Shown here piece by piece: positions 36,981 through 50,800 of a stretch of 64,000 nt of DNA (position 1 is its first letter; each line of letters opens with the position of its first letter). The notes under the pieces were generated by a model that had not been told where the DNA came from, did not search any database, and saw nothing but the letters and a program-made list of their open reading frames with translations. Location: positions 2,408,689-2,472,688 of the forward strand of contig CM074809.1 in assembly GCA_037447605.1 (NCBI GenBank), in the 5' to 3' direction. The DNA is from Zygnema circumcarinatum SAG 698-1b (taxonomy: Eukaryota; Plantae; Zygnematophyceae). Position numbers and translations under genes: made by a program.

Positions 36981-38257
36981 TGACTGAAGGAATCCGAAAC
37001 TAGGCCACCTGCTCCCCACATATAATGGACCAATGTAGAGTCATTAGACCAGCCAAACAACAGAAAAAAACCAAATCTCTTTGTCATTTAATATGAAATG
37101 ATCACATTCTGCGGTCTCAGGTCGTCGTCATAAACAACTGGCAATATTTGAAAAACGTCCCTGCAGGTCTTCTATTCTTCTGCCTGTTCATAGACAATCT
37201 TGCACACAGTTTCTGTGTGCATCCTTCCATAGAAGCAAGAGCCAGCTTCATTCACAGGCTTCACGCGCTTCAGACACCTTTTCCATACATGACAACCAAG
37301 GCAACCATACACTTCATACTTCTAAATCTCTAACAAATCCCTGTCCGCAATCACCTATTTAGACAAACAAGTATGTCTTGCAAAACAGCTGCTGCTGCTG
37401 CTGCAGTCATTGTGGTCAGAAAAGTCTCTAAAAAGGAGCTCCAGACCCCTTCACAATCTCTTCGTCAACTGCCTTAGATGAACTTTTAGTAGTGAAGACA
37501 CATCAGGGCACGATAGATACCCTAAATACCCTTCGAGTTCGCAAATGACATTGTCCAGCAACTATGGCATGATAATCACGACCAAAATAATGCCAAATAA
37601 TACAGGGCCATTTATGACACGTAAGACCTACCCTTCTTAAATGTCATCGCATGCCTCTCATCTGCCCAAAGAATGAATCGTGAAAAATAAGCTTTCATTC
37701 ATTACATCTCCAGTTAAAAAAGAACGGAACATCCATGAAATACTCGACCAGTCCCAGTAGAGTCTTCGAAATACAGTCAGTAGACTACATAGAAGTTAGT
37801 GTTTTGCTCTTCTCGCACCAAGTCACGGATATGGTATGGAATTAATCCTGTCAAGCAATTTTGACGCTCCCTTAGAACTAGACGATACCGAATAGAGAGC
37901 CAATGGACGCTCACATACAGATATTTTCTAAGGTAATAAAAATATTCAGATGCTGAAACACACGAAAGGAAAGCCAAACAGGTGCTTCAAGCATACTACG
38001 CGTTAACGAGCATTTCTATTCATAAACAGACCCCTCCAGACCTCCAGTCACACCAAAACGCCAAATTTCATTCAATCGCATCCTCTAGTTAAACAAACAA
38101 ACCTCACGCCCTAAAATTCAGAACTTCCATCCGAAAAGCCACCACAATCCAAAAGAAAGCCTCGGAAGTTCCACAAACATCCAGGAGTGAGTTTCCAGAG
38201 CCAACTGTTGCTCTTGCTCTTGCCCTGTCCCCCGCCTCACCTGCTGCACGCCCTGCT

Positions 38258-38296
<39 letters not shown>

Positions 38297-38569
38297 CACC
38301 CGCCTCCCCGTCCCTCCCTTCCTCACAGGCCGCTTTCCGCCTTCGCTTCAAGGCCAAGGTCGTCGTGGCGCAGCCGGACCGCCCGTACTGTACTGTACTG
38401 TGCGGCCGATCCGTCCAAATCTGACGGGCAGGAATCGGAATTTTCCAGCACGCATTTGCCGACCCTAAAAAAATTCCTTCCACCCATTTGACCGCCCGCG
38501 AGTCTGAGACTCTCGGCGGAATTTCGCACAAATGCGAACTTATAGCCAAACATCCCCCAATGGCGACTT

Positions 38570-38580
38570 GCCACGTGTCA
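38570..38580 (-). promoter_or_regulatory. Canonical ABRE/G-box (TGACACGTGGC) with adjacent CCAAT
   Basis: GCCACGTGTCA at 38570-38580 and CCAAT at 38557-38561, upstream of the probable 5' UTR exon (~38150-38350) of the saposin/His-rich gene. Confidence 0.45.
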
Positions 38581-39861
38581 GTACTGTTTGTGAAGCTCGA
38601 GTGCGGGCTGAAAGCTGAAAGCAAGGCCTAGAACCTTCGTCGAAACCGAGGTGCGAGATGGAAAGTTTATCATTCTGCCCGAACGACGAGGCCAGCGGAA
38701 CGGGCAGGCTGTTGAGAAATGCGGAGTCAGACGGGCGGGCGGGCGGCGTGGCAGTCCGAGGGGAGGGGCCGCCGCGCCGACGACGCCGAGAGGCCCAAGG
38801 ACCCGCACCGCGCCGTGCCCGAGGTTAGAGGGAAAGGGAGAGGGAGAGGGAGAGGGAGAGGGAGAGGAAGAGGGGCGGGGGGCACCTCTGAGGGGGCAGG
38901 GGCGGACTTTGGGGGTGAGCGGCGGACTTCGGAGGGTGGGGGGGCGGCACTTTCGGGAGATGGAAGACGGAGGGCGCGAGATGGGCAAAAGGGATTGGGT
39001 GGAGATTGGGAGTGACAGAAAGTTGGGACAAGGGGAGGGGGATTCGAGAGAGAAGAGGGGGGGAGATGGAGTACGTGAGGAGGCGTGTCTATAGAGGGCA
39101 GAGGCGAGGTCGGGAAAGAGATATATTTTTGGGAAAACTATTGATTTTAGATGTTGATTTATAGATGTTGAATCCCAGCGCTGTGACCTGGAGATGGAGA
39201 ACTTCAGGATTCGACGATTTCATACTCATGAAGGATGTGCTGAGTCTGTTGCATCCATGAGAAACAGGATATTCAAGCACCAAGTCAAACACAGGAAACT
39301 AATAAGAATGGATAGGAAATACAAATAAGTAGGCTGAAAAGTTAGTGGAATAGATTACGGCGAAAGAAGGTATAATGCACAATTAGTGTCGCAAGAAATA
39401 TAGCGAATTTTCATATGCCTGTCCACCTCCTGTGTCTTCAGACACTTCAAAAACTAACAGGTTCACTGCACAATCCTGCATGCAATTTAACATCCAGTAG
39501 ATAAAAAGTCACCGGATGGCCTGCTCAACTCTCAATATCACCACTTTAATGCGGTTTCCCTTTCTTAGTCCAGCTATGTAAAAAAGTACACATTGGCAGG
39601 GCAGATACCAGATACCGCCAATCCTATTAACATGGAAAGACTGTCACTATACATTTCGTGCACTCGTGAATTGATTCAAGATGATGGCCGGTTATGACAG
39701 CTTGCTGTGGACATCAATTGATAATGCCACTCTTATGGGCATACTTTCACAAGGCGTCCATGAACTGCTTACATCGGGTCCTTTGCCTGCCATTCACAGA
39801 AAAAGCACTATTTGTTGCGGGCGCATCGGTCCTCATAGGGAAGCCAACAAATCGGAGGAGC

Positions 39862-42800
39862 TCAAGGCTCCTTGAACTCATCGTGCGTTTGCTTATAGCG
39901 GCTGAGAAGATACTCTCCAGCAGTTATAGCCCCATACCTGCACCATACCACTGCCCAAAAGGTCATCTATGCAGCATAGGTCACCTTCCATGGAACATTG
40001 TGAGCAGAGGACAGGCTCTAATCCCAGAAGATCGAAGATGAACTGGTTGCTTCATTCACTTTCGTCAGTGCAATTTTTCAGAAGGGTGGTTTCCTTTGGG
40101 ACGATCTGCACTCGTTAAGCAAAGCACAATCTGATTACGGAAAGTACCTTGGTGGGTTGTCGGAGGAGCAGCAAGAGGGCAGGCATTCAACCAAACAGTC
40201 AAAGTTCGGCTCAAAGAAAAAGGGTACCTGCAACAGAACAATGACCATGTATTTCAACAGCAACGTGAAGGAAAGATCAGTTCATTCCACACGTTAAGCA
40301 GATAAGCAATTTACAACTTTTGGAAGCCTTGCTGTGCATTGATTACAAGCCGTTCAACATGCTTTCGCAAACCTCGAGCTGATCAAATTCTTCGTGTACT
40401 GCTGGAAAGTTTCTCCACATGCTATCCAAGCGCTGTTATGCACGGTTGTCATAAAGATTCACTTCAGAAGATGCAATAATCGCTAAACACAGATCTCATT
40501 TCTTTATCCACACTCCAAGGGAACGCGGTCGCTGTGATCAGGGTGTTGGGGGTGTGTGAGCTTACGGAGTATCTCTCTAGCCCAGGATTTACAACCCGGT
40601 GAAGAGTAGATCTGCAGTTCACAAGAAAGAGGAAATTAGCAGAAGATACCTAAAGTTGAAGTCAACATCTACAACTGTCAAGAGATTGCAGACAAGGCAG
40701 TCAGTAGATCGTACAAACTTGGCAACTGGGCAGGGTTTATGCATGCCATCAAGCGCCTGATGAGAGAACCACAACAAAAGCAAATGAAATGGCATACGCC
40801 AAAACCATGGGATGCAAATTTTACCTGAACTTATGATTTGTCCAGCGCTCGAGACAGTCCCCTAGATTGACAACAAAGGCTCTGCAATTCAGCTATCCGT
40901 GTTTACCATTAGCCAGTTCTTTGAGTTCAATAAGAAAAAAATCGCTTGCATATGTTTCAGTCAAAGCTTTCTTGCTACTTCGCAAAGTAAGGAAGCTGCA
41001 GAACTGCGAGAACCTGATGTCTGGCTGAGAAGCATCTGCTTAAAGTAATACAGTATGCGGCTGTTTAAACATTTGATGAATAAAGACAGGACCAGTCAAA
41101 CTAGGTTATATACATGCTCTGCCATGCCCGCCAGAAACCTAAAAACTCTACTTCTGCTTAAGGAGATCCTTCTCAGAACAGACCTGCAGACTGTAACCTG
41201 ACTAACTGGACAACACCCTTTACCCCCCACATGGAGAGCGGGTTGACTGTTACAGGCATCTCGCATCACAGAGAGCCCAGCCTTCAACATTCAGAGAGGT
41301 AGTCCTGAATTAGGAATTCACTAAGCAGCCAAAAGGACCCTAAAGGACGGCAGCCTCATACCCGTCCATAGATGGTACATCCTCCCACACTTGTGGCTTT
41401 TCATCCTTCTTACGACAAATCTGGCCCACCATCAGAAGAAATCCTGTGTTATTCCTCAAACAAACGAAGGAAAGTCATTATCATTCTCAACCGCCCTCTC
41501 CCGACCCTTCCCCTTGTTGCGAAAAAGAAAACGATAGTTGCCTTTCGAAGCTGAATGACCACCGGACGACAAAATACCTCAACATAATCTGGTGTACTCA
41601 ATGGCCACGCCTTGCATTGCAAAATTACCGAGTCCATGCTCTCGACCTCGAATTGATATTAACATCTGAGCTTCCACAGCTAAAGTTTTACCCTACCAAC
41701 TACTCACCTGAAGGCCGGAAACGTGGTCAAGCGCGAGGAAAGTCAGTACTCCGTAGTCCGAATGTGCGCCAGCTCCGAAAAGGCCCTCTTCTGGGGCAGA
41801 TTTTACCGCTGTGAATTCCACCCATTTGAGACTATGAGTCATACTCAAGAGAGAGCATCACACTCAATGGTCCAATACATGACTATTATGATGGTGCTTG
41901 AGAGAGGATACACCCATTCATTCACACTGAAACAAATTTACGAAGCCTCTTTCAGGCAGAACGCTATCGATTGACGCACTTCAAAATCTGTACAGAGGAT
42001 GATAATATATGCAGGGAAGCCAAGTGGACATGGCTGTGGTGTCTGCATCCACAACCACATCCATGTGGATTTGCAGCAAAGAAGAAGGAGCGAGAGGAGA
42101 AGGAAGAAGAGGAAGTGAGGCAAGACTAGGGAGAATGGGCCGACAGGTCGGAAGGTTGTGCCAACATTTGAATGACTCACCAGAGTAGTGCAATAGCCGC
42201 AAGGACGCAATTGGATCATCAAAATAACCCGGCTTATTGAACCAATCACGAGGCAAATCGAGTGCAAGCGCAAGCAGGGGGACAAAGCTCAAGCAAAGTT
42301 GGCGCATGCTTTTGTAATATTCCGTCATGGTGGCCTTCCATTCAGGAAGCAATTCTGGAACCATACAAAAACAGCGTTTTTCTACATTCAGCGAAACCCG
42401 GATTCCCCTTTTGTGTTCACAACGACCAAGCAATGAAGGCAATTAAAAATTGCAGAACGTCTCCATCATGCCCTCAAAGTAACTTCATTCCTTTGACTTT
42501 CCCCTTACCATCCTTTAGCCAAAGATTTAGAATTAGTATTTTGTTCGAGGATATTTAGGAAACCGTGCAGCTGCCTTCTTCCGCTTGTGCTTGAATACAC
42601 CATACACAAGAGATCCAAATAAAGCGAGCTCAACGAAGAAAACAAAAAAACATGCTTTAAATTTGTAAGTTTGTGTTTCCTGTCAAGTAAAATCCTACCA
42701 GATGATGGCCATTGATTTGGCCCATGAAGGGGCTTGGCTGCTCGTGGATCATCTCGAGAAATCTCATTTCCAATGTAGTAACCCTCCTTTGTATCACCTG

Positions 42801-44773
42801 AACTGCCAGAGGTGCAAATGCATTGGGTCAATCATTGCGGACATCTACAGTCTTGAGTTCCTCCAAAACTTCATGAACGCCCTTAAGAAGGCAAACACAG
42901 TAAAAAAGAATTACAAATCACACGGCGAAGAAGAAAACAAATCGTTCGACACAGAACGGAGCCAAGCCTTGCCAATGCACGTTCAACATAATTAATCTGA
43001 TATTTTTTTCTCAAAATAGACAAAGACCTGACCGCTAAGTAGCAGCTTTATTTCCTTTTTAACTATCAGATCTCTCAAAAGCCACGCTCTAGCAATTGTT
43101 AGAACTTTGTGCTTCCTGCACGCTTTTGTTTGTGTTCACCCTTGGAAGTAAGGAGGATGAGTGAGGGAGAGAGAGAAAGGGTAAGGGGAAGTGCTCTGTT
43201 GTTCCTGGATTTAGATTGAACTCGACACTTTGAGCAGTTTGAGCACACACGACGAGTCTATTAATTCACCCTCTATCACGGAAATAGCTTTCAAAGGACT
43301 TTCTGTCTTTTTGCTGATTCTCTTGTCCACCCTCAAAAAAATCGCGGAAATTCCAATAAACAAACCTAGAGTCAATTGGATGGGTGCTATTTAAAACTGA
43401 TAGCTTCACGTTGTCTTCCAGAAAAATGGAATTCCAAACTAGGATATCTGCATTAGGTGTCATAATTTAACGATGCCCTCAAATTTGCCAGTGACGTCCT
43501 GGCAAGTAAGTGAATGATAAGTGTAAAATTCTATGGTTATCATTCAGATAACAAAAAAAAAAGGAAATTGGGTTGACTCGTTAGCAATGGCCGCTGCTTC
43601 GACTTCATTACATTTGTCTGCTTGTGTCTTATAGGAAGCTGCATTATCTCGTATAAAAAATTAAATTCTCGAAAACAGGAGTATGCATGTGCCCATTTTA
43701 CTCTTTCCCGTAAAGTAATGTACCCTTGAGCTGGACATAGAACGCACCAGTTGACTGTGCTTCCGGGTTCAGCGTTTCCGACTTGTAGGCAGTATAGCCA
43801 CGGCCGGTCTTATTCATTGACGTTTTCGACTTCTCCTCAACGGGCAAATCGAAGAATGCCTTACTCTGCTCAAAGACTTTTTCCAACAGAGCAGAATCAA
43901 TGCCATGGTTCACGACATAAAAGAATCCAACCTCCTCACAGGCCTGCAAGGCAAGGAAACCTTAACCAGCTTTGTTAGAAATAGAAAAACAAAAGACACA
44001 TCTACTTGGGAGTTGCAATAGTAGGTTCGTTGGCTGTACTCTCTCCTACAGTGTAGAGTTGCCAAAAGTAACATCGCGGAAATCTAGGACTACCTGCCAA
44101 TTGCCTTATTCTAAGTAATCGATGATTTTGATTTTGATTTTGATTTTGAACTTCACTCTATGGTGACAGCTGCTAACTGGAATGATGAAAGAAAGCTAAA
44201 GACATTTGTTGTTACACGTGAATTTAAATCCGTTTTTTCTATTTTGAAGGTAATCTTGCTGTAACCACAGCCATAGGTTTCGTAATAGAAAGATGCATAT
44301 AATCTAGTCCTGTCATCCTACACTTCAATTCAACCACTTCACCACAGCAAGCCCTTCTATCAAGACTCGCAAGGGCAGAACTAACAGTTTAATGCTGGGC
44401 ATTCCAAAGTGATAGTTTTCACCAATCACAAAGTGAAGCAAATAAAAGCTCAGAAGTTCGATCATCGAACGAAAGCAAAATTGATTAATACGAATCAATT
44501 TAAGAAACGTTCGGAATTCTTTTCATTCATAAAATACCTCAGTCTGCGCAATACTAAACGTTTTTATGACTAATATCACAGGAAAGAGGTAGGAATATAA
44601 CGTAACATCTACTCATATCTTAAGTCCACAATTTATTTTCCCCAGTGAAACCTTTCAACTGCCACGCACGCCTGACATGCCTGGCGAAGTGCAGCAACGA
44701 CGGCCTGTTCAGGCAGCGACAAATCAATGCGATCAATGCGATTCTCCTGCGGAGCCCGCATGCCCACGCCCAT
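39862..44773 (-). CDS. 2-oxoglutarate/Fe(II)-dependent dioxygenase (DIOX_N + 2OG-FeII_Oxy), multi-exon
   Basis: RIDLSLPEQAVVAALRQ|ACEEVGFFYVVNHGI, GDTKEGYYIG, HGPNQWP, LRLLHY, GAGAHSDYGVLT (HxD), AFVVNLGDCLERWTN, STLHRV (His), ERYSVPLFFEP (RxS) and YGAITAGEYLLSRYKQTH. Confidence 0.92.
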
Positions 44774-45130
44774 GGCCGCCCCCCTCCCTGCCACTGCCAC
44801 CGCCTGCAGCGGCCGCCTCGCTCTCCCTCCCTCGCTCTCGCTCCCTCCCTCCCTCCGAGCTGCTGCGCTTGCCTACGCCCTCCCCTGCACTGCCGCCTGC
44901 CCCGCACCGCGCGCGCGGCACGGAGGCAGATTGTGCCACGTGGAAACCATCGATTGGCCGTTCATGGTCCTAGCTGGAGTCGTGCTAAAGCAGACGCCTG
45001 ACGTGGTCTGTCGGGTCGTACGGACGAACCATCGACCGTACAGTATGAACCGTACGGCCCTCGAGGGTCGTTGCAAACTAAGAGCGACGTCCAGAGCCCT
45101 TGTCCTCGCCCTCGCCCTCGCCCTCGCGCC

Positions 45131-47371
45131 ATGGCGGCCATGGCCATGACGATGGCGGTTCTGCCGCTGCTGGCGTCACTTTTGGGCTGTCACGCACGGC
45201 CTGTGCATCGTTCCGACATGCACCTTGCAGACGCTGAAGCTCTGCGCGATTTTCAGGATGCAGCGGACTTAGGGAAACCGCCGGCCCTCTTTAATTGGAA
45301 CGACGGAACGCCTGCTTGCCTCTGGCGAGGAGTGCGTTGCAGCTCTACTACGCCTCGCCGTGTGGAGGGCCTCTATTTGCCTCGCGCGCGCCTCCAGGGA
45401 AGGCTCCCGGTGCGCTTTCCTTGCCTTGAAGCATGAGGCTGGAAGGTAAAAATCGCATTCTAATACGCTATGGAGCTACAGCAGGTGAGGTTTGGATAGA
45501 GGGTCGCTCCCCCTTTTTTTTTTTTTTTTCCATTCTCAATTGGCGAGACAATTCCGTGACTGGTCAACATTAGCGGAACTTCCGTTCTCGATAGCTTCGT
45601 TTGGCCCTCACCCGCTCTATTGAAATCGCCAACCTTCACCGATATCGTGGTTATTTTTTTTTACACAAAATGAATACTATGAGACGAAAAATAATCACGA
45701 AAACAATTTGAACTATGAGGTCAAGATAGGAAATAATGACTTACTCTTTTGAAATATTCTGATTCCATAATGTTCTGCACCTGCATGTATCATTGGTCGT
45801 AGAGGCTACGTTTTGCACTGCATGCTTCACCATGTAACCGAGGGATAATCCTGTCAATTGATTGGTTGCTACTTCAAGATTGACAGGCCCTAGCAATGTC
45901 ATACCCATTAACAAAGCTCAGGCGATGCAGTGCTCTTAACTTTGGACGTCCTCCTTGCGCGAGAGCCAATATCGAAGCTACTGTCGTCCGTCCAGCACTG
46001 TCCGAAATCATCTGAGAGTCATTATCAGAGTTAAACATGATCTAGTTGGTATTTTCTTCATCTGTTCCTTCCGCTTCCTATGAATGCCATGCCAATACCC
46101 AATTCTGAATGTTTGAAGAGGATCTCTCCTCACTGCAGGCAACACTAGGCCGACTCACAAACCTTCGAGTTCTTGATTTGACGGCCAATAACTTGACAGG
46201 GAGCATTCCTTCAGAAATCTGGGCACTTCCTCATCTTGAAAAGCTGCTCCTGGGGTTCAACTCCCTGAATGGGTCCCTCAATGATTTGCGCCCAATCCCT
46301 CAGCTGAAGTGGCTCCAGCTCACTGGCAATGAGCTCAGTGGCAGCCTTCCAGAGAGTCTTGGAGGCTGCTACAGCCTCCAGTGGCTCGACTTGAGCTACA
46401 ACAACCTTTCTGGCTCAATGCCAACGTCTATCTCGAATTTGACTTACGTCGAGTGGCTTGGCATGTCCAATAATAATCTGAGTGGGGCTTTACCTCCTTT
46501 AGGGGGCTTGATAAGGCTAGGTGCCCTCCAACTGCAATCAAATGTTCTTACAGGACCCCTCCCCGACCTTTCAGGCCTTTCGAACTTGCAAGTTCTCAAC
46601 ATCGACAATAACGTTTTCTCTGGCACCATTCCTCCCTTAGATGGGCTACAGTCCCTCGTTTTGCTTCAAATGAGTAACAACGTTTTTTCTGGACCATTGC
46701 CCTCGGGTCTAGGTCGTCTTGTGGAACTTCAAGGCATTTTTCTCAATAATAACAGCCTGGGTGGTGAGATACCAGCAGACCTCGGTTACCTTCCTTACCT
46801 CTCTCAACTCGACTTGAGCAACAATGCAATCGAAGGGCGCATCCCGCCCTCCCTTGGTTTATCAAACCTCAACTCACTTATTTTGGCTGGCAATAGGCTC
46901 ACTGGATCAATACCAGCTGAAATTGGCCGCTTACAAGATCTCCAAGAACTGCACCTTAATGACAACCTGCTGTCTGGTAATGTGCCCGACGAGTTGGGAA
47001 ACGCTGGACTGTTGATGATCCTGGATGTCTCCAACAACCTGCTGACAGGACCTTTACCAGACAGCTTTTCCAACTTGACCTACTTGTATGAGCTTTACGT
47101 GAACTCAAATTTCTTTATTGGGGAAATTTCGTGGGGTTTGCGACATTTGCTTTACTCCAATTATTCAAAGAATTGCTTCTCCGGTTTGGAAGACCAGAGA
47201 TCAGGCTGCAATGTGTGCTGGCTGGTCTCTGACCCGTGCAGCTCCCTGGGGGATGCGGCTTCCAGTTGTCAGCCTCTTGGCTATGGAGAGTACGACTGCA
47301 CATGTGGGCCTGGCTATGAGAACCAGGGAAAGGACAAGCCATGCCAGAAAGTTCGGCACATGTTGATTTGA
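45131..47371 (+). CDS. Secreted LRR protein (LRR N-cap + 14 plant-type LRRs) ending in an EGF-like domain; no TM or kinase seen
   Basis: Exon 1 (45131-45409) has a signal peptide and the WNDGTPACLWRGVRC cap. Exon 2 (46139-47371) has LxxLxLxxNxLSGxIP repeats, an NCF cap and CSSLGDAASSCQPLGYGEYDCTCGPGYENQGKDKPC. Confidence 0.88.
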
Positions 47372-47827
47372 GAAATTTAGGATTTTAATTCGAGCACGTA
47401 CATACAAGTGGGGGCTGCAGACACTCTGTGAATATAGACACGTACATACTTTCCTCACTGCAGCTAATGGTATGGCCAGTGTTCGTCGTTGCACAGCGTT
47501 GGTGAAACCTAGGACTTCGTGTTTTCTAGCGTCTCTTTGTCCTATCTTAATGTATTGTGCTCGGAGTCTTCATGCTGCAGTTCGCAGACGAATATGTAGA
47601 TGTCGGTTGCGACTAGAAAGTCTGACAGAATAGCCTCCGTTTGTTTGAAAGAATATTTGCCGGCAGGACGCGGCCCGACAACTGCAGCAAACACAATGAA
47701 CATGTGCTCGCAGCGTTGAGAGCACAACTTCATCCTCGTCCAACAATTAACCAGATATCAGAGCGCATCCGACATCTCGCCAGAAAACCTGCACCATTAA
47801 TGAGTTACGAAATTCCATCGCAGAAAG

Positions 47828-50800
47828 TCAGGCAATCGACTGCTCAGCAGTTTGGTTGACTTTGCCCAACTCCTGCCAGCCATTGCGTCTGGAGACAGAT
47901 ATGAACACAGCCTGCAAGAGGTATACTGTTGCCCACACGCCTGCAAGAATGGCAGTCATGAGGAAGCCCACGAAGCGCATCATCCCGCCCTCGCCTGAGC
48001 AAGCATCCAGCAAACCATCATCTTTCAGACGTCAACAATCAACCTTCAATGACATTGTATGTGATCTAGAGAAAATGGTTACTTGCTATGAGGGAAATCA
48101 CAAAGGCTAGCAGTGACAAGCAATAATGAGTACAAAGCCTGTAAATGGCTGTACATATCTCACAATCAACTAGTTATACACACTAAATTTGACTCTTGGT
48201 TGTATTGGTCTGATAACCTGTTCAGTCATCTCCCTCACTCTCTTTGTTCTCCCGCTCTCCCCCCCTTCCCCCCTATCTCTCGCTCTCCCCGTAACTTCCT
48301 ACTATGGTACCTTGCTGTAGCGCGGCCCTTCAACGTACAAGAGGAAGTAATTCCGGACCGCATCCTTCCAACAATCGTTTCTCTCTCTCTCTCGTCCCTT
48401 CCATCTCTCACTCTCTTTCTCTCTCTCTCTGCACCCCCATCTCAGTCGTTCTCTCCTACTCGCTTCACAATCGTGCCATTCCTCTTCTCCCCTCGCAGCT
48501 TTAAGATCAGTTCTCCAATGTTTCGACAAGTAGGACATTTCAAAGGACAATGTAAGCAATTCGGTCAGTTGGCTAGCCAACTAACCTGCAGAGGCCTCGA
48601 ATGCTGCAACACCGATGGTGTGTTTTGACGCATGTCCTTCACACAATCTTGTCTCTGCAGACATCCATTGTCCAAAACAATTTCAGGTTAAATGCTCAGA
48701 ATTTCTAGTACACAAGTAGGACGGAAATAACAGGAATAGATCCGTGTGGTCAGAATAGCACGAGTACTTACCACACCACTCAGCTTACAATCACTCCCTG
48801 GTAGTTTACGACACTACCAGACTCTCAATACCAGAAGCCAGTTCTAACAACAGAAAACCGGCCCAGCCTACACGGAAAAAGGGGCATAAACATGCAATTA
48901 CGAAGCTATCGGAGAAGGCTTCAGCATCTTCACTTACTCAGGAACCGTGATGCTGTAGCAGGAAAATCAGAGAAAAGGCCATCGATTTTGAGGTCATCGA
49001 CGAAGAGCTTATATTCACTGTAAGGGTCCTGCATGCATAGTTTCAAACCTTAGTCAGATTTTCCTCCCAGCTCGTACCTCCCCTACTCCACCACCTATTT
49101 GCACCCTTCACATGAAAGAGCTTTACCTGCCCATAGTCAAAGGCCAAGAATATGTACTCGTTTCGAAATGTGTATGCGTGCACTTCCAATGCCCGAGCAT
49201 GAGCCAGTTCCAGCAATTCTGTGGGCGGCGACAGTTTCATGCTGATGGGATCCATTGGCACAATGCTCTCTTTTGAAGGCCCAATGGCATCCGCCCACGT
49301 GGCAATCTCGTCGAGAAGCTCCCCTGTCGGATGCACTTTGCCATCATCAATGATTGGAAATGTGCAAGTGGGCTGCAGTCATGGATCGAGACAGAACTAC
49401 TGAGTGGGATTGTTCCAGTTTAGCATCACAAGTTCTAGCAAAACAGCAGGGAAAAACCAATGAGTAACTATGAAGAATTGACGTGAATAGACACAGGATC
49501 ACAGGAAATCCTCGCAGAATATTGACTGTTGTGACGTGCTGACCGCAGTCATAGGGAGACTGATAACATATAACTGTTTGAGTACCGGCCAAACCAGCAA
49601 TTGATTAAGACCAATAATTTCAGCAGCCTGATGAATACGCTCTAATGCTGAGCACTGACACTTAGAAAAGAGAGCTCCAATTCTCCCCTTAAACAAGGAA
49701 AGTAAAGATCCTTAAGGGTAAACGAGCAGCAAGATTACCCTCTCCCAGTCATCCTCCAGCAGCTGCACCAGCTTCCAGTCACTTCGATTCCGCAAATAGC
49801 GCAAGCTGCGGGGCTCAAAGGACTGCAGAAACACAGCTCCTTTGTCGGAAAATTCAGCACTTTGCAAAGCCTCCAATATTTTGTCCTCTAGTTTCAACCC
49901 GAGGCTTTCATGCCAGCTGGGATGCTGCAGGCGCGAAAGGAAAGGAAAGAGGAATGTCTTTCAAACGAGTGCATAAAAGGGTATTGTGAAATTACAGCTT
50001 CACATTGTGATGTTGAGTAATTCTTATGTATGTGGACCTCCACAGGTATAAGGTCTTCCCTTTCTGTGCCATATTTGGTTTCTGACATTCTCAAGCACTG
50101 GGCTGTACAGCACTGATAATGCAAAGGAACTGCAATGACTGAATTGCAAAAAAAGGCTGAAGCTGAGGCAGGGAAAGAGAGGCATTCTCCAAGTACTGAT
50201 ACGAGACTTCTGAAGGTCCAAAGTTGAGGCATAGTGGAAGAATGGTAAGGCCTCACCTTTGTTTCAGGGTAGATCCCAACAGTTCGATTCCACTCCGGGC
50301 TCTTGGCCACCGCCAAATACTCAGCCAAGGTTGGGACTTCAAACAGACCATCGTATGACGGATCGCGAAATTTGAGCCTCTGCACAGCTGCAACGGATCG
50401 ATGATCCCCACAACCATGTCCATTACTTCCAAATAGTGTAACCTTAGACACTGGACATGCATGTCGAGCCCTTTCATTTCTGAATAACTTCACACAGAAG
50501 CTTGACATCCCTGACAGGTGATCCTTAATATAGACAAAGAGAGTTCACAGACTAGGAACACCTTCCGACCTCCAGATTTTTTAAAGAACAAAGAGGCGAC
50601 TGCTGGCAAATGGGAAGCAGACTCTGTCCCTCGCACCTCGTAATTGCTTGATTTCCGCCAACGTAAAATCAACAGTGAAAAAGCCATCCATCTTCTGCCG
50701 ATCAATAGTTACATTTCTTCGCCGAGATGAAAATTCAGGGCGTGTGAGAACGTCGGTGGTCTCAATAATGTTCGGCTCGTGGCGGCAGATGGGCACCCCA

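Noticed and set aside
38719-39330. Possible two-exon plus-strand gene (DPHRAVPE|RCDLEMENFRIRRF...)
   Set aside because: The donor is weak, the start is unclear and no homology is recognised, so support is insufficient.
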